From: Candidatus Caldarchaeales archaeon
Lineage (GTDB): Archaea; Thermoproteota; Nitrososphaeria_A; Caldarchaeales; Wolframiiraptoraceae
Assembly (NCBI GenBank): GCA_039630055.1
Contig: JBCNVN010000017.1
Location: 1-24,000 of the forward strand
Direction: 5' to 3'
DNA length: 24,000 nucleotides
Shown here: piece by piece, positions 17,732-24,000 of the stretch
How positions within the stretch are numbered: the stretch's first letter is position 1
How the letters are laid out: the number at the start of each line of letters is the position of its first letter
Translations under genes and position numbers: made by a program
Notes under the pieces: model-generated
Told to the model about the DNA's origin: nothing
What the model saw: only the letters and a program-made list of their open reading frames with translations
Database searches by the model: none

Positions 17732-19255
17732 ATGGGGCACTCAGTAAAACTGGTCAATGTTTGCAAAACTTTTCCCGGCGGCGTCGTAGCTGTAGACAAC
17801 GTATCTTTAGAACTCGAAGAAGGGGTATTGTATGGGTATGTTGGACCTAATGGTGCGGGGAAATCTACCCTAACAAATCTGATAAGCGGCTACTATACCC
17901 CAGATAGAGGAGAGATATATGTTCATGGAGTTAGAATAACAGATTTCCATAAAGCGATCTCAGAGGGAGTGGTAAAGGTAGAACAGCATCCGAATCTAGC
18001 CCCATGGCTTACTCCAGCTGAGCATCTCGCCCTCCTTATCCCCAAGATCTTCTATAATGTCGAGGATTTGAAAGAGAAGGTGGAAGAGTTGATAGATGTG
18101 ATAGGTGTCAAAGTAGATCTAGATGCACGGGTTGAAGATCTACCGATAGGCCATCTGAGAGTATTCGAGATAGTCAAGGCATTAACTTTATGCGATCTCT
18201 TATATCAGGCTGGAAAGAAACCTATTCTAATCTTGGATGAGGCAACAGCCTTTCTCCCAATCCAGCAGAAGAAAGTATTGAAGGATGTGTTGAGAGGTTT
18301 AACTCCCCTCGGATACACGATCATTCTTATCTCACACGATCTAGCTGAGGTTATAGATGTCTCAGATGAGATTCTCGTGATGACTATGGGGAAGATAGTC
18401 GCAAGGTTTAGGTCTGAGAAGCTAGATATGACAGAGCTTATCAGGTCCATGTTCGACACCGTCCCATTACTAGAATCTGCCAAGACTGACCGCACCCATA
18501 TTAGAGAGGAGCCTGCATTAAAGATAGAGTCGTTGAAAGTTAAAGATGATAGAGGTCATATCGTTGTAAGAGACTTAGACTTGACCGTGTATGCTGGAGA
18601 GGTACATGGAGTGGTAGCTATTCCTGGAACGGGAGAGAAAGAGCTTGCTGAATGTATATATGGTCTAAGATCTCCAGAGTCTGGCAGAATCATATTATTT
18701 GGAGAAGATATAACTAAACTAGATGTTTCCCGGAAGAAGATGAAAGGTTTATCGTTTATCTCTGATGATAGGATCAGAGATGGACTTATCCCTGAGGCAA
18801 CGGTTGAAGACAACATGACTATAGGAAGCGAGGATAAGTTTACCTACCTACGGGGACTATTAATAAATACAAAGATCAGGGAGGCGTTGGCCAGACAATT
18901 GATAAGAGAATACTCTATTATTGCTAAAGATATCAAGTCTCCTATAACGACCCTCTCAGGTGGAAACATGCAGCGGGCGTATCTAGCAAGGATTATAGGT
19001 AGACTTGGAAGATTACTGATAGCACTTCACCCAACCATAGGGCTAGATCCCATGGGGACAAAAATCTTCTTCGATAAAGTTGGTGAAAGAAAAGCTAAAG
19101 GGCTTACAACACTTATCTTCTCACCAAATATAAAAGAACTCATAGCATTCTGTGACAGGATCTCCGTTATGAGTGGTGGAAGAATTATCGGGACCTTCAA
19201 GGCGGAAGAGGCAGATATTGAGAAGCTTGGATTGATGGTGAGTGGGGTAGCATAG
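17732..19255 (+). CDS. ABC transporter ATP-binding protein with two tandem ABC domains (nucleoside/sugar type)
   Basis: Walker A GPNGAGKST, H-loop ISHDL, LILDEATAF; second ABC domain with signature LSGGNMQRAYLAR and LLIALHPTIGLDP. Confidence 0.93.
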   Translation: MGHSVKLVNVCKTFPGGVVAVDNVSLELEEGVLYGYVGPNGAGKSTLTNLISGYYTPDRGEIYVHGVRITDFHKAISEGVVKVEQHPNLAPWLTPAEHLALLIPKIFYNVEDLKEKVEELIDVIGVKVDLDARVEDLPIGHLRVFEIVKALTLCDLLYQAGKKPILILDEATAFLPIQQKKVLKDVLRGLTPLGYTIILISHDLAEVIDVSDEILVMTMGKIVARFRSEKLDMTELIRSMFDTVPLLESAKTDRTHIREEPALKIESLKVKDDRGHIVVRDLDLTVYAGEVHGVVAIPGTGEKELAECIYGLRSPESGRIILFGEDITKLDVSRKKMKGLSFISDDRIRDGLIPEATVEDNMTIGSEDKFTYLRGLLINTKIREALARQLIREYSIIAKDIKSPITTLSGGNMQRAYLARIIGRLGRLLIALHPTIGLDPMGTKIFFDKVGERKAKGLTTLIFSPNIKELIAFCDRISVMSGGRIIGTFKAEEADIEKLGLMVSGVA

Positions 19256-19256
19256 A

Positions 19257-21401
19257 TTGTTTAAGGTAATGCTGGTTAAGAGAGAACCTCTATCGATGAA
19301 GTACCGTATACTATTACCAATATTCTCAACGTTCCTCGCTATAGTCACTGCATCAGTATATGTTCTAATAGCTGGACGAGACGTAATCCAAGTATACTAC
19401 TACCTAATTACATGGCCACTTACATATCCGGCTGAGATACTGGTTACTGCAACGCCTCTACTTTTACTAGCTCTTGCAATAGCGGTTGCATTCAAGGCAA
19501 GATTCTGGAATATAGGAACTCATGGACAGTTTATCATAGGTGGATTGATAGCTGCTTGGCTAGGGGTAAGGTTTGGAGATCTTCCCCCATTTCTTCTAAT
19601 ACCCTTGATCATGGTGCTAGCTTGGCTTGGAGGGGCTGGAGTCGCTCTAATATCTTGGTGGTTGAAAGTTAAGAGAAATCAAGATGAAGTTCTTACAACG
19701 ATACTAATCTGGTCGGCTATCTTACTAATCAATGCTGGTCTATTAACCGGTCCTCTCCGCTCTCCCTATACCACCTATCCCCAGTCTCAAGAGATAAGTA
19801 TTAATGCTAAACTTCCCATACTGTTTCCAGAGACGAGACTTCATGCAGGAGCGATAGTTCCATTCATATTGGCCATCATAATATGGATAATATTCAATAG
19901 AGTAAGTTTTAGAAATAAGATAATTGCTGTTACTGTTCCTAGAGTAGCTTTACTTGAAGGGATAAACATATCGAGAACATATTTCTGGGTGGCTTTCATT
20001 AGTGGTGGGATCGCTGGATTGGCCGGCTCGATAGAGCTCATGGGCATACTATACTATATGACGCCATTCGTAGGACCATATTATGGTCTAGTAGCCTTAG
20101 CGATAGCTATGCTTGGAAATCTAAACCCGATAGGAATCGTGGCCGCAGCATTCTTCTTCAGCATCTTGATTAATGGCGCCAATGCGATGAGCTGGAACAC
20201 TGGGGTTCCAAGCTTCCTATCAGACATAATCCAAGCCCAAACTCTAATATTCTTCCTAATCTTCAGCACTTTCAACAATTATAAGCTAACATTCGTCAGG
20301 TCTGAGGGGATTAAGAGCAATCCTAAACCAGTAATCTTAAAGCCTCCTAAAAAGACTAGGCCTACTAGAAGCCCGTATAGAATTAGTAAAACCAATCTGA
20401 AGATCTTGACGGCCGCTATCTTGATTTTATTATCCTTCTCAGTTCTAGACCTAGTATATCCTGAGCTTAGAACAAGCTTGATCGGAACGATCGCTTCAAG
20501 CATAATCGTCTTAACTCTAGTGATCTCAACCCCTATAATCTTCGCTGGAATAGGTGAGACCTTCACAGAGAAATCCGGTATAATAAACCTCGGCATACTG
20601 GGGATAATGATCGCTGGAGCAGCATGGGGGTTTATGGGAGCATACTTTAGTGGAAACATACTTGTAGGAATATTCACCGCAGCTTTATCAGGGATTGTCT
20701 TCGGAATCCTACTAGCATTTCTAGTGGTAACTCTTGGAGTCCAGCAACACATCGCCGGCATAGCTATAACCTTCTACTCTATGAATGTTGCATACTTCTT
20801 CCACAGACTTCTAATAGGTTCTCCACTCGTCGAACCTACCATCCCTCCCGTAACATCTCTTCGGATACCTTTCCTAGAATCTCTACCCATCATAGGTGAA
20901 ATGTTTAAACAGAACCTCTACACATATTCTGGAATGTATATTTTACCTCTACTAGCAATCTTCATATTCTTTAAGACTAGGTGGGGTCTCATATTAAGAG
21001 CGGTTGGAGAGAATCCGAAAACAGTTGACTCAGCTAGGGTTAGAGTTCACCTAACCAGATATCTTGCAGTAATCTTAGGTGCTGCACTAATGTCTATAGG
21101 TGGAGCATACTACTCTCTAGTCGATCTAAGAACCTTCAACTTAAATGTGGGAGGAGAGTGGAGTTGGATAGCTCTCGCACTAGTAGTTTTAGGAAACTGG
21201 AATCCATTATGGGTCTGGGTAGCCTGCATCTTCTTCGGTATGTTGAACGCTGTCCAAGCATGGCTTGTAGCAACCGTAATCCAGATACCCTACCAGTTCT
21301 TCCAATCAATACCTTACGTGGTAACGGTTGGAGCCTCAGCTATACTAGGTAAACGTGTAAGACCTCCTAAAGCTCTACTACAACCGTATAGAAGAGAGTA
21401 A
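19257..21401 (+). CDS. Fused ABC transporter permease: two nucleoside-type permease subunits in one polypeptide (714 aa)
   Basis: N-terminal half has AFKARFWNIGTHGQFIIGGLIAAW...NQDEVLTTI...ALLEGINISRTYFWVAFISGGIAGLAG. C-terminal half has IGETFTEKSGIINLGILGIMIAGAAWGF...RWGLILRAVGENPKTVDSARVRVHLTRYLAVILGAALMSIGGAY. Linked by a basic/proline-rich hydrophilic linker. Confidence 0.9.
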   Translation: MFKVMLVKREPLSMKYRILLPIFSTFLAIVTASVYVLIAGRDVIQVYYYLITWPLTYPAEILVTATPLLLLALAIAVAFKARFWNIGTHGQFIIGGLIAAWLGVRFGDLPPFLLIPLIMVLAWLGGAGVALISWWLKVKRNQDEVLTTILIWSAILLINAGLLTGPLRSPYTTYPQSQEISINAKLPILFPETRLHAGAIVPFILAIIIWIIFNRVSFRNKIIAVTVPRVALLEGINISRTYFWVAFISGGIAGLAGSIELMGILYYMTPFVGPYYGLVALAIAMLGNLNPIGIVAAAFFFSILINGANAMSWNTGVPSFLSDIIQAQTLIFFLIFSTFNNYKLTFVRSEGIKSNPKPVILKPPKKTRPTRSPYRISKTNLKILTAAILILLSFSVLDLVYPELRTSLIGTIASSIIVLTLVISTPIIFAGIGETFTEKSGIINLGILGIMIAGAAWGFMGAYFSGNILVGIFTAALSGIVFGILLAFLVVTLGVQQHIAGIAITFYSMNVAYFFHRLLIGSPLVEPTIPPVTSLRIPFLESLPIIGEMFKQNLYTYSGMYILPLLAIFIFFKTRWGLILRAVGENPKTVDSARVRVHLTRYLAVILGAALMSIGGAYYSLVDLRTFNLNVGGEWSWIALALVVLGNWNPLWVWVACIFFGMLNAVQAWLVATVIQIPYQFFQSIPYVVTVGASAILGKRVRPPKALLQPYRRE

Positions 21402-21541
21402 CTCGTATCTGGATAGACCTCATCAAGGACCTTTACTGATAATATAGTCAGAATCTATAAAAGAACCCTATATACTCAACACTTTTACCAACATATTGTT
21501 AATACAGAATCTTTATATCATGTTGAGAGAAAGTTATACCC

Positions 21542-21967
21542 ATGAGCACTAAAAAGGATAAATTATCAATAATAGCCTTTTCCGGAACAGATGATAAACT
21601 ATATCCAGTCTCTATACTTGCTAACGGTGCAGCCGCACTAGGATTAGATGTAGAGATCTTCCTAACATTCTGGGGGTTAAACGCTTTCAGGAAAGATACA
21701 TTAAAAAAGAGTATGAAGATATCTAAAGACTTTGAAGAGGTTGGCCCCATGGTGTCTAAGGTTATGAGAGATAAGAATGTTCCCCACTGGTATGATATGC
21801 TTAAACAAGCTAAAGAGTTAGGGAATGTTAAAGTATATGCATGTGCTATGACCTATGACCTATTTAACATGAAGAGAGAAGACTTAGCGGATATCATAGA
21901 CGGTGTTGTCGGGGTAGGAGAGTTCTTAGAAAAAGCTAAAGAGAGCAGCATAACATTATTCATATAG
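21542..21967 (+). CDS. DsrE/DsrF-like sulfurtransferase-family protein (DsrE2-like)
   Basis: [40 protein letters not shown]...[40 protein letters not shown]. The conserved Cys lies in ACAMTYDL. Confidence 0.85.
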   Translation: MSTKKDKLSIIAFSGTDDKLYPVSILANGAAALGLDVEIFLTFWGLNAFRKDTLKKSMKISKDFEEVGPMVSKVMRDKNVPHWYDMLKQAKELGNVKVYACAMTYDLFNMKREDLADIIDGVVGVGEFLEKAKESSITLFI

Positions 21968-21984
21968 CTTTGTGGGGTGGACTG

Positions 21985-22230
21985 TTGAGCAAAGGAGAAC
22001 AAAAGATAGATAGAATCGTAGATGCGAGAGGAAGCCATTGTCCAGGTCCCTTAATGGAGCTTATAAAAGCTGTAAAGAATGCTCAAGTTGGAGAAGTAGT
22101 AGCAGTATATTCTACGGATAGTGGCTCGAAGACCGATATACCACTGTGGGTGAAGAAAGCTGGACATGAGTTGCTAGGAATATACGAGAGAGATGGATAT
22201 ACAGAATTCGTTATAAGAAAGGCTCGATAA
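21985..22230 (+). CDS. tusA: TusA family sulfurtransferase
   Basis: [54 protein letters not shown], the CPxP TusA motif. ORF track start is 21970; a TTG at 21985 (LSKGEQK) is a plausible start. Confidence 0.92.
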   Translation: MSKGEQKIDRIVDARGSHCPGPLMELIKAVKNAQVGEVVAVYSTDSGSKTDIPLWVKKAGHELLGIYERDGYTEFVIRKAR

Positions 22231-22240
22231 TCTAGTATAT

Positions 22241-23371
22241 ATGAAGAAGATCATAATAGTCGGTGGGGGCACCGGCGGAACAGTAGCAGCAAATGTATTG
22301 GCGAGAAAGATATCAAAAGATGCTGAGATAGTGGTCGTCAACGACTCCTCCAGCCACATCTACCAACCAGCTCTTCTATACAGAGCCCTCGGAGAAGTGA
22401 TAGATGAATCAAAGATCATAAGAGAAGAGAGGACCCTACTCGATAAGAGGGTAAAATTGATTATCGATAAAGCTCTAAAGATAGATGTAAACAATAGGCT
22501 AATACAATTACAGAGTGGAAAACAGCTAGACTATGATTATCTAATCATCTCAACCGGCTCAAGGATAGTTCCCGAAGAAGTTCCAGGATATCAGACAGCA
22601 TACCACTTCTATAGTCTTGAAGGAGCTGTAAGGCTTCATGAAGAATTAGAGAGATATAGTGGAGGGGTGATAGCGGTAGGGGTAGGAGGTCTACCCTATA
22701 AATGTCCACCAGCTCCAGCAGAGTTCTGCTGTCTTCTAGACTATTACTTTACCAAGAAGGGGATTAGAGACAAGGTTGAGATACATTATCTATCTCCTCT
22801 ACCTAGAACCTTTCCCCACGAGGCCGTGGCAGAATCTATAACAGAGATGATGGAGGCGAAAGGGATACACTGGCATCCAATGTTTAATATAGAATCTATA
22901 GACTCTGAGAAGAAGATAGTAAACTCTCTTGAAGGAGAGTCTCTAAAATTCGATCTATTAGTTATGGTCCCACCCCATAGAGGCGCTGAGGTAGTAGAGA
23001 GATCTGAGCTTGGGGTAGATGGTGGATGGATACCTGTAGATAAGCACACCTTACAATACAGAGATTACAGAGAGGTCTATGTTATAGGTGATGCAACGAA
23101 CCTACCCGTATCTAAGGCGGGATCGGTTGCACATTTTGAAGCAAAGGTGGTGGCCGAACGGATAAGTTCAGACATTCAAGGATATACTCCTAGAGCGATC
23201 TACGATGGAAGAGTAACATGCTTCTGTGATGCAGGCTTTAAGAAAGCAATATATATGAGCTTCAACTATGAGAAACCACCTAAAAAGCCCGGATTCAGCT
23301 ATTTATGGTATCTTGGAAAACAGATGGTAAATAGATTTTACTGGAGCTTGATACTCAAAGGAATAGTTTAG
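22241..23371 (+). CDS. Sulfide:quinone oxidoreductase-like FAD/NAD(P)-dependent oxidoreductase
   Basis: KKIIIVGGGTGGTVAANVLARK FAD-binding motif, YDYLIISTGSR, KCPPAPAEFCCLLDYYF, EVYVIGDATNLPVSKAGSVAHFEA, GRVTCFCDAG...; C-terminal amphipathic region FSYLWYLGKQMVNRFYWSLIL. Confidence 0.85.
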   Translation: MKKIIIVGGGTGGTVAANVLARKISKDAEIVVVNDSSSHIYQPALLYRALGEVIDESKIIREERTLLDKRVKLIIDKALKIDVNNRLIQLQSGKQLDYDYLIISTGSRIVPEEVPGYQTAYHFYSLEGAVRLHEELERYSGGVIAVGVGGLPYKCPPAPAEFCCLLDYYFTKKGIRDKVEIHYLSPLPRTFPHEAVAESITEMMEAKGIHWHPMFNIESIDSEKKIVNSLEGESLKFDLLVMVPPHRGAEVVERSELGVDGGWIPVDKHTLQYRDYREVYVIGDATNLPVSKAGSVAHFEAKVVAERISSDIQGYTPRAIYDGRVTCFCDAGFKKAIYMSFNYEKPPKKPGFSYLWYLGKQMVNRFYWSLILKGIV

Positions 23372-23763
23372 AGATCGAGATCCGATTCGGTCAGAGACTA
23401 GAAACTATAATCTTCTTTACCCTGGAGAAGCCTCTTAACATAGAATCGGTCTAATCTCGGTTTTTAATAGTAAAGTTGCTTAGAGAGTTTTACGATCATC
23501 CTCCTTTAACCTCCTGAAATCAATCGGCAGAATCACTTCAAATACTGAGAAATCATCCTAAATTCTTTAAAGGTGGTCTAGTAGATATCTCGCCGTAAGT
23601 GGGTCATATATCGTGGAAGATAAAAAAGATGTGTCTCCATATAGATACAAGCCTATAGATAAGTGATCGGTCTGAGGATTGGTGAAAGCCATGGATTCCT
23701 AAGGCCGTTCTCTACAATTTGTGTTCCCCTCATTTTATCCTTTATTAGTTGGAGAAGGATACT

Positions 23764-24000
23764 ATGCTAACGATGTTGAAAGCTATATACTGGTTTAAGA
23801 GAGACTTAAGGGTTGACGATAATCGAGCTCTCAACGAGGCAGTAGCTTTAGCCGACAGAATAATACCGATATTTATCATAGATGAAGGTCTGCTCAAGGA
23901 TCTGAATATAGATAGAGAAGATCTGAGATTAAGCTTCATTATCAGTGCTTTAAGAAGGCTGAGCAGACAGGTCAAGTTATACGTTTTTTATGGGAAGACT
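23764..24000 (+). CDS. phr: Deoxyribodipyrimidine photolyase N-terminus, truncated by window edge (absent from ORF track)
   Basis: Frame open to the window end: MLTMLKAIYWFKRDLRVDDNRALNEAVALADRIIPIFIIDEGLLKDLNIDREDLRLSFIISALRRLSRQVKLYVFYGKT. WFKRDLRxxDNxAL is diagnostic of photolyase/cryptochrome. Alternative start 23773. Confidence 0.9.
   Translation, partial: MLTMLKAIYWFKRDLRVDDNRALNEAVALADRIIPIFIIDEGLLKDLNIDREDLRLSFIISALRRLSRQVKLYVFYGKT

Noticed and set aside
20279-20761. 160-aa minus-strand ORF opposite the fused permease
   Set aside because: Pro/Ile-rich antisense frame opposite a clearly coding hydrophobic protein.
1-24000. CRISPR arrays, transposons, integrases, toxin-antitoxin pairs or phage modules
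   Set aside because: No regularly spaced direct repeats, transposase motifs, terminal inverted repeats, or defence gene signatures were seen. The lone DNA methyltransferase is not enough to call a defence island.

Overview
This 24 kb window reads as archaeal chromosome, Thermoproteota/Thaumarchaeota-like. Markers are the 3' part of uS7, the A-type ATPase K subunit, TFE-alpha, Trm56 and intron-containing tRNAs. All family calls were made by eye from protein motifs, without database searches. Main loci: (i) mtnA; (ii) a glycan/lipid-linked-sugar gene group (Gfo/Idh/MocA oxidoreductase, small membrane protein, GlcNAc-1-P transferase-like MraY/WecA family protein, DUF354 GT-B-like protein) facing a 535-aa secreted and membrane-anchored protein of unknown function; (iii) an orphan beta-class DNA methyltransferase next to an unannotated 50-aa zinc-ribbon ORF; (iv) UvsE and the start of a DNA photolyase; (v) a CodA-like deaminase upstream of a BMP-type nucleoside ABC transporter whose two permeases are fused in one 714-aa ORF; (vi) a DsrE-like/TusA/SQR-like sulfur-trafficking operon; (vii) three tRNAs: Ser(GCT), Glu(TTC) with a putative non-canonical 20-nt intron, and Val(GAC) with a 23-nt intron. 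I found no CRISPR array, IS element, phage module or clear defence island. The least explained items are the 535-aa membrane protein, the tRNA introns and the small ORFs missed by the ORF track.
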